DNA from: Haplodiscus bocki
Lineage: Eukaryota
DNA: 64,000 bases
Direction of reading: 5' to 3'
Assembly: GCA_965655095.1 (NCBI GenBank)
Contig: OZ296653.1
Span: 38,564,001-38,628,000, forward strand
Both the position numbers and the translations under genes were made by a program. How positions within the stretch are numbered: position 1 is the first letter of the stretch; each line of letters starts with the position of its first letter. Under the pieces are notes generated by a model that worked only from the letters and a program-made list of their open reading frames with translations, was not told the DNA's origin and searched no databases. Shown here piece by piece: positions 37,831 through 50,890 of the stretch.

Positions 37831-38804
37831 ATATATATAGTTTATTTTTTTTTTACTGGTATACCCAGTTGCCTTGTCCTAAAAAAAGTGCAACTGTCTG
37901 CTTCTTACCAATTTAGCTTCTTTTCGAGGCAAGATGCGTTGCATTATTCATTATTAAGGAAACCAATTTTCCGAACAAAATTCAGAGCTGGGACTTTCCC
38001 ATGTTGTGACTACAACTCCAAATTCTTCCCCAGAAATACTCACAGTCACTGTAGTTGAAATGCAAAAAATACAAGACAAAAAGACAAAGAAAATACTGAT
38101 TCCAAAGAATAAGCATCCTGCCTAAGAAGGGTTACTCATAATGGTTTGAGAAATGTTTGCGTAAACTTCAAGACTGATACTGACAAGCAGAAAATTGTCG
38201 TGTACCGTTACAGGAGCAAATTTTAACTGATTTTCAAAGAAATCGACCTGAAATTGACAGAATACCACACGCTCTCCGCTAAACTAATATATATTTTGAA
38301 TTATTTTGACATAATTTTCAAGCGGTGCATCGTAATGGAAGAAAAAACTTTTCATTTATGACACAAATTTTGTCAAGAAAGGATTTCCTCTTTTATATCA
38401 GCATTTTCCAATTATACTCGCAATTTTATTGGTCGTTCGAACACATCAGTGCTCGGAAAACCGTACTTCTAGAAGAATGTCACTGTTGGGTTGCATTTTG
38501 ACCTGCTGGTTCTTCTTTACCTGAGATGGATCAAAATTATGAATTTGGTGGAACCATTGATTGTGGTGATTAGTAATTGGAGATCATAATCTGTCATTTC
38601 AGTGCATTTAGACTACATGCAAAACTACATGATCCTGCTGGAGCAGTGAGGTCACATAGTGGTAGAAGACTTGGCTCTGACATGTTACATGCTTGGACAA
38701 GGACAAAAGTCATGTTCGCTTCGTCAAGTGACTGGATTACTCTTTTGCCTTTACCTAAAACTTTTCCTGCCTTCGGGTCTGAGCTCTGTCGAAATTGCAG
38801 CAAC

Positions 38805-39234
38805 ATGTCTTACATTGTAGTAGATATTAGGCTGGCAGATGTGAATGTTGTTAAGGAGTTGGCAGTTTTGAGAATATTCAGGGATACTAATTGTTCTTCC
38901 AGAAAACACGAAACCCGAAAACGAGCATTTTGGTCTACAAGAAACCTGCACGGAATTGTGTGGAACAGTAAAGATTCCGACTACTGCGAGCTTCTCAATG
39001 GTCTTTTAGAGATGTATATTTTGAATGCTTCGCAAAGAGGACGGAGAAGTGCAAAATTCGAAGCACTTCAGTGGACAAGGATGTGAAAAACTTAGAAGAT
39101 CTCATTTGCCTAAATTTTTGAACCTTGTCGATCCCAAAGCAGATGACGAAAAATTGATTTGCTCAAGGTACCCATTCACACATGAGACCACACTTGATGG
39201 TGCCGAGAACAAGGCAAAACTGCTTGGTAACTGA
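38805..39234 (+). pseudogene. DEDD/DnaQ-like 3'-5' exonuclease remnant (Maverick accessory gene)
   Basis: MSYIVVDIR...VVKELAV, WSTRNLHGIVWNS..DY, and C-terminal CSRYPFTH...GAENKAK. Matches the VDxE...KEL...HGxxW...CA pattern. Confidence 0.6.
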
Positions 39235-39594
39235 GCAATGCAGCAATTGAGGTTGTCTTCTTTGTATTGTGAAACGTTTTGTTAGCATCTACGTAACTAA
39301 GTTTATCAAACTAAATTGATATTCCCTACGAGATTCAGTATCCAGTAATTGAAACTAAAAACTGGACGACTGATAAAATAGAGAAGAATAATCTAGAAAT
39401 ATTGTCTCTGACGACAACAGTCAAGAGAGAAAATCGTGGTCTTGTTTGAGACAATCCTGTTGCAGATCTCTGATTGTCGTTTCCTCCCAGCAATTTGTCA
39501 TCTTGTTGATTATGTTTGGTTGCTTTTGGAGCATTCACCTTTCAAAAACTTGAGACAAATCAACTGTTTGGTTGAGATTTCTGTGTTGTGGAGC

Positions 39595-40330
39595 ATGATA
39601 AATTTTACACACACCAAAACTAAGAACACGTTGGTTTCTACAAAAATTCGCGCCTTCATGTCACTTCCCCCAAGATGAAAAAATCACAATTCATTCACAA
39701 TTGATTGAGCATTTGAACTGTTAAACAAAGTTTTGACAAACTTTACTTTTTTATCAACACCCCCACACACGATAAGGTGTTTTTGCAAAAAGAGGTTGAA
39801 AAACTTGAGTTTGTTGAAGTTGTACACCCCGAATTTATAGATTCCTTAAAAGACAACGATACAAGGTACCTTTTAACCCTTGACAATTCATGTGAAGAAA
39901 TTTGCATTTCAAAAACTTTCGTTGATCTTGTCACCTCGAAAAGACATCGTGGATTAATTTTTTTTCTAGTAAGCACAACTTGTTTCGTCAAAGTAAGCCA
40001 CAGCGAGATGTTGGGCACCAAATGACCCACATTGTTCTCTTCAAGTCTCCCCGTATTACGAATCATTTCAGTACGCGTAGTGCGCAACCGGGGATCGGAT
40101 CAGTGCTAGTTCACTGCTATCCGGACGCAGCATCTGTTCCTTATGGTCATTTACGGTCAATTGTTGATTGACCTGTCGCCACGAACATACGATCGATTAC
40201 ATTGTTCTACAAAAAATGCATCCATTCCGCAAAAAATGGTAATAACGATTGGTTGAAGCAAATAAAGTCTTGGACGATTAACACACGATGTCTCTTTACT
40301 CTCCAAGTGCTGCAATCAGTTTTGTGCAGA
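39595..40330 (+). pseudogene. Maverick A32/FtsK-like genome packaging ATPase
   Basis: YLLTLDNS (Walker B-like), TSKRHRGL (Arg motif), THIVLFKSPR, PYGHL..IDLSPRT; Walker A decayed. Confidence 0.88.
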
Positions 40331-40580
40331 TGCAAAAACCTTTTCCTTCAATCTTACCCGAAAGAGCTTGTCAGGTTTCTCTGCGACTGCACAGTACATC
40401 TAATCAAAAGAATCCTGCAGAACCTTGAAGGAACATCAGTTGACTGAATTCCATAAAAAAGTTCAAATGCCCTCTTTAAAAAAACAATTAGGAAGCATTG
40501 ATTAGATCTGCAGGCATCCAGTAAAAGGTTACAGCTCTTGAAATATTCTTCATGCTCTTGTCATTAACCTTTTGTCTTGA
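40330..40580 (+). pseudogene. Small conserved Maverick ORF of unknown function
   Basis: KELVRFLCDCTVHLIKRIL resembles the ECxxNxLxG motif of small Polinton proteins; located between the ATPase and INT. Confidence 0.45.
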
Positions 40581-40959
40581 TATGGAGCAGTTTGTTCTCA
40601 ACCTTGCCGCTGTTTACAACAAGAGTTTGATTATCCACTCATAAAACAAAGCAAAAACTTCCGAAGCATCTTGCTTTGAGCCAAAGTTATTCACTCAAGA
40701 AAAAATTGGACAAAAATTTTGCCAAGGCAGTCACTTTGGTAGATAAAACTTGGTCTTGTGCACGTATTAAGCTCTCAAGCTCAAAGACTTCGATTTGGGA
40801 TCGTATAGAATCTGGAGTTTTGTTTTGATTTCTTACTTTGCTGAACAACGTCGTCCTGAAAATGCAGACATTATAGAGATGCTGCTGGTTTATCTCCAAG
40901 TAGTGTTATCAACGAAAATGCCAAAACCAAACAGAGAGCAAACTGGTTCGTCTTCAGAC

Positions 40960-41805
40960 TACGAAAATCAGACGCTGCCAAGATTTCACACACAAACCGG
41001 TGCCACTAAGGAGTCTGTGCAAAATTTAGTGTAAAACTAGCAGGCTACCAGTATCGAAAGCGATATAAGTTTGGCCTTCAAAACCTTTCTACACAGTATT
41101 TACTCTCACCACGCGTGATTTAAAGCATTTGCTAAATTAAGAAATGAAGTTTGGTGTACCGATCTGGCATTCGTTGTCAGACTAGCTAAAGATAAGAAGG
41201 TTTTAAAGTATTTACTAGCTTGTCAAAGCTTGTTGGACAGAACCGTAGATGCAAAAGCAATGAAAACAGAGGATTCCAAAGAAACTGTTTGAGCATTTCC
41301 GACTACGATTACAAAAACAGAACTGGTTCAAGAAAGTGTGGAACGACGAAGGGACAAACTTTGCTCTAGACTTTGAAAAGGGTTGCAGCGCCGAAAGAGT
41401 ACAAATTTACCCTACAGAGAGTTAGACTAAAGCTGCATTGCAAAACGTACAGAACGATCCATGAAAAAAGTTCGTTACAGTTTCATGGAAAATCATAGAC
41501 CCAACTCCATTCATACGTTCACCAATTGTCTCAGAATTGATTGATATAATCCATAACAAAGAATGTCGATGATTCTGAATTCTTGTTTTGTCTGGACAGC
41601 AAACTACGTCAGGCTTGTGGACAAAGTTCGCATCTTGAAGTATGGTTAGGCTGTCAGGAAAGGGTTATGAGCCACAGTTTTTGATGAATGTTTCTGAAAC
41701 TTTTGCAAGTTTTCCAGAAAATCTCCAATATACACATTAAAAGATGAACGGTATCAGAAAAAACGCGGCATATTTCCTCAAAAAAAGCTTATCAAAGGCA
41801 TTGAG
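40960..41805 (+). pseudogene. Maverick retroviral-like (rve) integrase
   Basis: RNEVWCTDLAFV, KYLL, KTEDSKETV, KKVWNDEGTNF (DxGxEF) and TKAA..KRTERS (AER-like). Confidence 0.88.
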
Positions 41806-41807
41806 CG

Positions 41808-42530
41808 ATGAGCTCGCTTACAAACGATTTGGTTTATAAAGCATCTGCGCAGCTATATCCAGACAATACATTCAGCTTTTTCAAAAGTTTTTTTGCCGGA
41901 GCAATTGAACCTAGAAAGTCAAGGGGATGTTGCAGTTTCAGAATTATCCAACTTATTAAGGTACCAGAATGTTAATGAATGGAAAATTTTGGTTTTTTGA
42001 TAGAATAAAGTTTTCAAAATTGTCAGAAAAATACTATCTAGAATCTGGCCTGTAAACATTTTCAGGGAATTTGTCGGAGGCATGAACACAATCCTTGAGG
42101 AGGAATACAAAAAGAGCGGAGCATGTAACAGTTAAAGCGTCTCGAAAAAGGCAGAACGTTGAGATTTACCTTTCGAATGAATGATCTGATCTTACAGTTT
42201 CTGTGTGGAATGGGTTCACAATTTCAGAACTAATCTTTTTTGTCCGCATACACTTTCTCAAGATATCCACAGTTCCGATTGGGTACAATATTGTTAAAGT
42301 TACTAAAGTTCCTTTGTTGCTTTGCTCCCCCTTCGTTTCAAAGCTAAATGCTGAGTACAATATAACCACTGGACAGTACATGATCTAACAGACGTTTAGA
42401 AACCTAAAATTCAGACCACTGTTCAAAAACTGTTTTCATGTTATTCAAATTGACTTGAGAGATACGGCGGCAAAAAATACCATTTGTATCTGTAGGTACC
42501 ACTCGTCCTGTTTTGATGGCTTTAAAAGCC
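41808..42530 (+). pseudogene. Maverick minor capsid (penton-like) protein
   Basis: ASAQLYPDNTFSFF start, VAVSELS, IGYNIVKVTKVPLL, and IQIDLRD...IPFVSVGTTR end. Confidence 0.8.
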
Positions 42531-42564
42531 TCCAGTTTCCATTTTTAACGAAAGCGACGTTTCA

Positions 42565-42960
42565 TGATGACGACTTGTTTCTTTAAGACAAGTAGAGATT
42601 TCCTCCAATAGACAACAGCGCAGGAGGGTTTTTGGTGCACTTGCAGAAGATATTGCGAGAACGGCCAGTCCAAAGTTTGTGTAACTGAGTCGTTCCAGCT
42701 GCAAAATGTAGGCAGCTAACTTGTTGGTCTTTGCTGAGCTAAAAATTGCTGAAGGTTTCAGCGGTAAAAAAATTCAAGACAGTTGCAAAGACTGTGGGAA
42801 GGGAAAATCTGAAAAAAAAATAGTTGAGTAGTGATGGCAGAAAACAGAAATCGGCAAACGCCGGAAAGGAGCTTGCGTACGGGAAGCACGCAAGAAGAGT
42901 CAACCTGCAACTCAACAAATTCTCCAAAACAAAACAGTTCGTCGCAGAGAGACATAAGTA
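42565..42960 (+). pseudogene. Small basic core-like Maverick protein
   Basis: RQQRRRVFGALAEDIART...VPAAK...KFKTVAKTVGRENLKK; basic, amphipathic ORF between the penton-like and major capsid genes. Confidence 0.5.
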
Positions 42961-43820
42961 CACACAATTCTTTTGTGGCAGCTTCTGAAAATCTCGCTGG
43001 GAAAGACCCAGTATTCGATAATGTGCTCTTGTCCTACGAGCTAGAAATCTAACTTACTACCCCCTTGGATGAAAACTGCAAAGATTTTTTGAAGTTGGAA
43101 CGAAGCGAACCTATTACGTTTTTTTGAGACAGACTTCTTTGGCATAAAAGCTGAATTTGAATGAAGGTTGAGGTTACGAGGATTACAATCGTGAAGCATC
43201 TAAATAGGAGCACAATAATGACTCAAAACAAGACGTAGCAGAAGAAACCGTGGAAGATGAGACGGAAGAAAATCCAGTTGCTCTGGTTGCTAATGTGAAC
43301 AAAAATCCACTTTCAAATATTCTCAATGTTGATGTGTACATCAACAATGAGCAAAGTTATAGTTCCAATAGATTATATGGGCCAAGTGCATAATTCTCCA
43401 ACAACTTCAGGAGAGCATTGCGGTGAGTATCAAGATGAACAATTTTCTGACAAGATTTTGAGCGCTCCCTTGCCCCAACTCTTTTCTACAAGGATAATGA
43501 AATCGCTCAGTAGACCCAGCGGCTTCATGTTATTGGGTAATTTGGTTTTTTTCTCCACATCTGAAGCAGTGCTTTCAAAAACGAGTTAGGCTTTGAATTA
43601 TCAGGGTCTGGCATACTTTTTGAATGATTAGCAACAATTCAGATTTCACTGCAGGACGCTATTGAAAAATTTTATAACCTACAATTAGCCGGAGAACCAC
43701 TAGGACTGGAGCTAAACATCACACGTTACTCTGGAACACGTTACTTAACTGATTTTTCTGGGATAACCGAAGTCTTTGATGGCGGTTGACAAGTTTTGTA
43801 TTGATGGAACGAATAAAAAA
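42960..43820 (+). pseudogene. Maverick major capsid (double jelly-roll, hexon-like) protein, internally deleted
   Basis: TTPLDENC, VANVNKNP..NVDVYINNEQSYSSNRLY, and C-terminal LAGEPLGLELN...LEHVT.LIFLG; much shorter than a full MCP. Confidence 0.75.
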
Positions 43821-43821
43821 A

Positions 43822-44212
43822 TTCGACAATATTGCGCTGCATTAGAAATTCAACCGTATCCCTCCATAAATGTATGGGTGTCTTGTTTCATTCGCTTCAG
43901 ATTTTGTTCGCACTCTCCCCAATGAGACTTTTGCCCTTGCAAATATGCAGCCCTACACAATGCAGGGGGCTTTGGAAAGTGATTGCAAACTTTCGGCAGA
44001 AAATATAATCTGCAGACTATCTCGGAGTCGAAAAGTACAGTTTCTTTCAGCAAAAGTTCAAGCAAGTGTTGCCAGCACCACTATAGACCCAACCCAGCGT
44101 TTCCGGATTCTACACGACATTTGCAGCTTTTCTTCTCTCCGACTTCAGGCAGAAAAAAGTTACTACAGTTCTTGATAATGATGAAACTTCTTTTAAATGC
44201 ACCTGCATGTAA
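43822..44212 (+). pseudogene. Maverick adenain-like cysteine protease
   Basis: SFASDFVRTLPNETFALANMQPYTMQG(xHW), ADYLG (DSLG-like) and PSVSGFYT (decayed Q..SxCG). Confidence 0.8.
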
Positions 44213-44999
44213 AAAAGTACAGTTTCCAATGTAGGTTTTACAAAGTTTTTGTGATCAGTTGTATTCTCTAATTAACAATTTGAAACTTTGAACAACTCTT
44301 TTCACAGAGCATCAAGTCACAACAGTATCTGCAGGCGGCATATTCCATCCACAGACGTCATAACTAATCCCGCACCGTAATATTCATCGGCCCGGCGGTG
44401 AACAGCCAAGAAAAAAATCAAAACCATTATTTTCAAAAAAAACCTATCTTTACATATTTACTCAAGACCATACAGGCGGAATTTACTCACGAGCAAAAAA
44501 AAATGTCATGGACACTCGGCTTTCGACCAGAACCAAACTTTGTTGGCCACCAATCAAAGTCAAACACGAAAATTTTGAAACCCATCAGCCAATCAGAACC
44601 AAGTGCGACAACGCCGAAAATTTACGCGAGAGCCCTCGCCTCCGGGAGATATTTCTCGATTCTGCGCTCAAGTCAGCTCGCTACACCTATCTTATTACTT
44701 GGAGCCGTACAATACCCACCAGCTCAATTCACGCAGTCACTACTGATTCCAGACTACGAGAAGAAACTACGCTGCTTAAAATGAGGGCCCCTGACGTAGT
44801 CCTACCCGCAAGCAAATGAGTAGGTTATCTGCGGAGGAGTGATAAACAAGGGGTCCAGATTAACCACAATTGAAGGGAACGGTCTCTTAGGCATTTAGAA
44901 AAACAGAACAGCTAATTGGAAAATGTCAACCTGCAGTAGATCAACATCAGAAATAGGACACCGAGGAGTGACCTTATGGATATTACTCACCCAGTACAT

Positions 45000-47900
45000 G
45001 ATCTGGCCGGCACGAAAGCCAAGTTGAGAGACACAAAAAGGACAGCATGTGAGTGACCCATAACAGAAAGCTTCCTCGCGGATGGTCGTTCCAGTTGTGT
45101 CTGTTCAAACCTGAAGGAACAAAAATGTGCCCTGGATGGCTCGACAACAGATCTTTTGAACCAACACCTGTTCATAAGCGCTTCAAACAGATGTCCAGAA
45201 AGCTAGAAGTCAGAGTAATCATCCCTACCAAAAAAACTCTAAGAGCAGATAAAACTCAGAACCTGACCGGTGAAGAGACGAAACAGTGGACAAACAGTTT
45301 CGAAGAAGGTTCTCCAGGAACTGACCGGACCTTTACTTGAAAATCCGACTTGAAGTAATAACTGCAGTTTTGGTCAGGTACTGCTAGCACACGAGTGCCT
45401 CCAGGAAAAAGTCGTTTTCAGTTGAGGAAAAAGCGGGAAATTTGAGCAACATGTATGTTTGCCACCTCTTGATATTTGGCGGCGAGCAACTGGCTGAAAA
45501 ACTTTGGAGCAAAGAGTACCCAGAAAATGAAAAATCTCCAAAAGCAGGATTTTTGTAATTTTAGACAATATAGATGAAATAGATATTACGTGTTGCAGAC
45601 TAAAACAAAAAAGAGCCATATGAGTAACAAACCAGGAGTGATGCAAGAACTTTTATAGTTTAACACGGGAATGCCAGATCATACCAGGAATAGGCTTCGA
45701 AAAATACGGAGAAATTCCTAATTTGCCCCGATAAACCTGGACCAAAGGAATCGTAAGCAAGGACTTCTATTAGAATTTTCCTGGTTCACACCAGGTTCAC
45801 CTAGACAGAACGATGAGCAGACAGGGAGCAGTAGTGTAGTTCTCGTAGCATATTTGAGTCAAAGAGGAGAAACATGGTTTAAATAAGGAGTTTTAACGTA
45901 AAGCCCCAAAGTTGACCAGTGCCTAAATGCAGTGAAACCAATATGGGTGGCGGAAACGTCCAAGTAACTCCCGAGACATCTCAAATACGATACGTATCAC
46001 ACATGAACTGATCAGCCAAGCGTTACTTCCACTAACATGTTTGCAAAAACAGTTGGAAGAGAGGAAACTTCATTCGCTCCAACTGATCGCCGTAAATGTA
46101 TTATCATCTTTTCTCTTCCAAAGAGAGAGAATCATTGTTAGAAAGTGGTCCGCAAAAATGAACCTTAAAAAAAGATATACTTTCAAGTCGACCTCTCTTC
46201 CAAATAGGAGACGATCAATGGCCCAACGCCCACAATGTTGGCCACCACCTCGAGCACTCCTGGCAACGACTTGTGTTCAGTGCTCACGGCTTTTCTCAGT
46301 GATCTCCGCTGAAATCAACCAGTACATTTTCTCAGCCTCCTTTAGATGTGCCATCAGGAGCTTGGCCAGAATTAGGGCTTTGAGTGACCAAAACGAAGAC
46401 GTCGACAACTTCTGCATACAACACTTCACGAGACGGAATTTGAACAAGAGGAAATCAAGGAACTTCCTCTGGTTCCCATTGCCAATGTAGGTAGAGTTGA
46501 TCTCGGCAAGCAAATTAGAGTCACCTACAGGGGAAACGACAGGAAAAGTTGCGTCCACAGCACTGACTGAAGATCTGACCCTTGATGATATCGCTGGAAA
46601 ACGTCTACAAAACAGCCACACAGAGAGGCCGGAAAAAATTTTTATGGCAAGTGCACAAAAATACCCACGACTGGAGAACTCGCTCCTCAAACTTGATGCG
46701 GTGGCAGTTATGGGCCTTGATCCAGTCTACAATGTAACGCAGTATGCGAAAATTATCTTATCCGAAAAGGACGTCTAAATAGTAGACAAGCGAGTAAGAA
46801 CAGACATGGAAATACTACGTGCAATTACCTGAACTAAGCAGAATTTCTTCTCGCAACCAGCCAACCTCAGAACCCACTAGACTGGCAGTTAAATGGACTG
46901 CCAACAGCGTCTCCACAAGTCCGTACTGGTCCGTGAACCGAAATATCTCCATCGTCGACGATACCCCCGCCAGCACTAAAAGACTAGGGTTAACGGCATA
47001 ACTGTAGTCAACCAAAAAGTCCTCTGTGAACACACAATCACGATCTCGCTTCACTAGTGAAGTCATAAGGGTCTCATTGCGATGACAACAAAGCTCATCA
47101 GTTGATACCGGGCCGGCCTCAAAATCAAAGATCGGCCAACCAGGAGTCTCCAACCTCACGCATTGCTCCTGCGGGAAATGATGACCACCATGGAAATGCC
47201 GAAGAATCTCGTACGGCCCCTGTGTAAGCACAGGAACATCCCAACGAAATTTTGACAAAAAAATGGCTGTTTTCGACAGCCACATCGGTCAGCCGCACCA
47301 GTTCATCAGTAGCATACGCTCATCATTTTGTAGGTCTTTTTTGCTATAGACCTTTTGTCACCCAGAGCTCCCAACTTACTCATCACTACATGTGTCTGTC
47401 GTCATTTCGACACGTTAGGCAATGCTGACGTCTCCGTTAGTCAGGTTGTCCAGAAATTAACTCAACTCTGTTATCATTACAGAAACATTGTTTATCTCAA
47501 ACCAGGATGCTCCGTATTGAATACGTAAGGATTCTAACAGCTAATGAGGGGATCAAGTGGCTTTGACTTCTGCTCTTCACCAAGATATCTGCACAAAAAC
47601 ACAAGTTACTGACCAGTGACGTGAATTGTAGTGGAGGCAGCATCTGCAGCAATCTGATCTATTGGTCTGTAATATGAAAACAGAGTGCAATGAGAATCGA
47701 GTGAGGAACCACATTGAAAAAACGCAATAATTCAAACAAAGCGTTACCCGCATGGAAAACCTGTTGCAGCAACGTGCAGTCTTGATCAGCACTGGAACAA
47801 GTGGACCTCTACGTCCACACCCTTCGGAAAGTGCAAGCTGGGCGCCTTTTAACAGTAGCGTTTTCTCTCTGGACCTGGCTGTCGCCTTCAATACTTGTTG

Positions 47901-48330
47901 AAATATCCTCATACCCAGATTGTATTGGCATGTCCCCATTGGCGCATAGTTACAAAACGTTGCAAAACCCTCATCAAAAGTCAACGGAGGAATTATATCA
48001 CATATGCCAACTCTTGAGAAGATCCATGAAGCCGCTTCTCTCAGAAACGCTCCACCGCACCTCACCATCAGAAGTGACTCCGCAACAGAACCAGCTTCAT
48101 CCCAACAGATTTGCCGCAACAGAACCAGTTTCATTCCGGATTCGCTCGGAACACGCTGCCCTCTTCCCTTCCTTGCTCCTCTCTTTTCTGTAAATGGGTA
48201 CAAAGAGGAGATTTTGAGAAACAACTGGCCCGCCAAAGCCAGTAACATGGATGACAAAGTCACCCAGGGATGAGTCTACACCCCTCACAAAAACAACGCT
48301 CTTATAAGTCTTGGCTGACAATCTCTTCGG
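45000..48330 (-). pseudogene. Antisense zinc-finger/hAT-like accessory gene copy (3' half of element 1)
   Basis: ORF 46815-47285 (DVPVLTQGPYEILRHFHGGHHFPQEQCVRLETPGW...REEIL), intron 46775-46838, and ORF 46277-46690. Confidence 0.75.
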
Positions 48331-48679
48331 AAATTTAATTAGAAGAACGTAGTAATTACATGGCGGGGTTACCTACCTTATTCACTAACCTCCAATTTTT
48401 ATGACTTTCACGAAGTTTTCTCCCATTAAGACGTCACCATGACCTTTCGAGGTTACATTGGGAAGAAAACTAAAATATCGTCGACTGAAATTTTCAGTTC
48501 CTTGATTTATATATAACCTATCTTCTTCATTTCACAGTAATGTTCACTCGAAGTTAACGATTTTACCTTTCATCGCAAAAACTCAAACGAAATTCCCGCC
48601 TGATAAAGGATTACCGACCGGTTCTTTACTTTTTTTTGGTCAATTGTTCAAATCAGTCCTCATAATTCAGTAACAGTCA

Positions 48680-49330
48680 AAAACATTCCCAATATTCCTC
48701 ATGAATTTAAGGATTAATACTTCCGACTCTCTAATGACCGATTCTGGTGTTTTCCGTGTCGAACAATCGTCTGGCCATCGAAGCTTGATGATGCATGACA
48801 CTTCAGAAATTCTCGACTCTACGGAACTTTTTGGAGCTATACCCACAGAAATTATCACTAATTCACCCGTAGCAACTCCGGAGCCACGGATCATTACAGC
48901 AAACTCGGTTTCTAGCCAGCCATTTACTCCTAATGGTTTTTGGAGACAATGGTTTATCGTCACTGGTCTAGACTTTTCAATGACCACACTAATAAAACGG
49001 CAACTGTGGAATTTCTACAGGCAACCGAAGGCCACCACACTCACAGGGGCAGCTCGCCATCACCAGTGCCGTCGAAAATTTTCTCCTTATCAATTTCATC
49101 AATGATGATCATTAGAGTGGATGTGTAAGAAACATCTTCGAACGTAGGCACTTTCTACTCTGATGAGCCCCAAATGACTTCTACCGCATCAATACCCTCT
49201 CCACCGTTGCCACCAAGAAAGCAAAAAAGAGAGATGAGCCTGGAAACCTCCCTAGTAAAAAGAGGGAGAGTGTCGCAGCACATCCGCGTAGCCTGCTGAC
49301 AAAAGCTACCTGAAAAAAGGATCATTTTGA
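48680..49330 (+). pseudogene. ORF3 homologue overlapping PPT and LTR start
   Basis: PPLPPRKQKREMSLETSLVKRGRVSQHIRVAC*QKLP is read across 49201-49311. Confidence 0.55.
49257..49270 (+). promoter_or_regulatory. Polypurine tract
   Basis: AAAAAGAGGGAGAG immediately before TGTCGCAGCA. Confidence 0.85.
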
Positions 49331-50890
49331 GATCAACGAGAGATTGAGCAAACTGAATAACAAACAATACCTTTTGCATTTCATCTACCAAAATCTCTCC
49401 GTATCTGATCTGAACTTCATGCGGATCACCATACCAGACCGATCCAGACTAGGACCTAACCGTTTTGGAACAAACGGATAATCACAGAGCGCTCCATTCT
49501 GAACGGTGCTACAATCAATTTAATTTCGTAATAATTGATAAAAGTCAACTCATAAGAGTAAAAGATATGGTTGACTGTGAGAACTTCTAGTTCTGTCAGT
49601 GCAGTTCAATCCTTGAGCTAAATAGCAATTTCACCTGAAGAGGGTGAAAAAATCCAAGTGTGAATGTTTTTCCTCCTGAGCGTGCTCCGTTGCTACCTGT
49701 CTGGTGAGATCACAATCATTCCGACCTTCACACTGTATCGTAGTAAAAAATATTGAAAACTGATTGACTTTGTGCCCATTCCTCATTTGAGCGCAGCCTG
49801 TGTGACTTGACCGCCACCAATAGTTAACAATGAAGATCTACGGAGAATACTAGTCGCCACTAGTGTGAACGAGGAGTAAACTAGTAGTGCTACTAGTTTG
49901 TCAAAAATTCTAATGAGAGATAATAAAGTACTATGAACTACTGTTGAAACTCGGTGTGACCATTTTTACCATAAGAAAAAAGAGCATGAGTTTTGTCATA
50001 ATTAGCTTTCTCCTACTTCTTCGCTGACATTCAAATCCGGATTGGAAGTTTTTAATTTCTCCACATTTGAATTGTCCATTAACTTGCGTGCGAACATTAT
50101 GTCGACGTCGGGAATAGGCACTTCGTTGGCAACTTCCAACGGTCTAGGTTCGTCTATTCTCCTTCAAAACATGGAAAGAATGCGTCTCATGTGGGATGAA
50201 ATGGTTGGAGAGCTGTTTATCCTCCGCTAGAGTTAGCAATTTTAATTCCATCCTCCGATAATCAAAGTACTTTACCCTATTTGTACCTTAACTTGGCATG
50301 CAAAAAAAACTAATGTTTACCGCCAAAAAAAAGTGTAAATAGAAAAAATGGAAGTACATGACACAAAATTGTACTGATGCTTCAAACCAGTCACGGTGTT
50401 TTCCAAAAACTTGATTCTCACTTCCCCTTTTAACATCAAAAAATAATAAAAACTTGAGTCTTCAAAACTGCTGATTACGTTTCTTTCTCTGGAAAGGGCC
50501 TCATTCAGAAAATAAAGGAACAATAGCAGCTATCAGCGATGAAAATCATGAGAAAACTCCCAGAAGCATAGAGATGCCGGAGATAATTATTCATGAAATT
50601 AGGAGGACCACATCACTCAGGCTTCAGAGCAAACTGAAGGTGGCCCGAAAAAGAGACGGTCGGAAGAGGTCAGTGGGACGGACAACCGTATCTTAAGCAC
50701 CCTCTCTAGATTTTATTAGTTTCTTTGAGCCCACTAGCCCACGTTCGTTCCGAACATGTTGAGGAGACGTACCAGAATACAAGTAGGAAGAATCAGGAAA
50801 CCAATGAGGATCGCTTTCTTAATGGTCCTCGTCTTGAAGTGGGTGTCTCTTTGAGACACTCTTCAGAGGAACTCTGAAAACACCACGACA
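49271..50890 (+). repeat. 3' LTR (probable partner of 4522-6128)
   Basis: TGTCG...CGACA termini, preceded by a PPT. The end could alternatively be 50899. Confidence 0.85.

Larger units (their letters stand above)
16118..44212. mobile_element. Degenerate Maverick/Polinton (adintovirus-like) element interrupted by Gypsy element 2
   Basis: pPolB (-) left of the Gypsy insertion, and ATPase-INT-minor capsid-major capsid-protease (+) to its right. No TIRs or TSD found, so that both halves belong to one element is inferred. Confidence 0.6.
4522..50890 (+). mobile_element. Gypsy element 1, whole span including nested insertions (inferred)
   Basis: Related LTRs at both ends; flanks TGTTC (4517-4521) and TATTC (50891-50895); the interrupted host LTR resumes at 50891. 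The span crosses an assembly gap. Confidence 0.55.
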
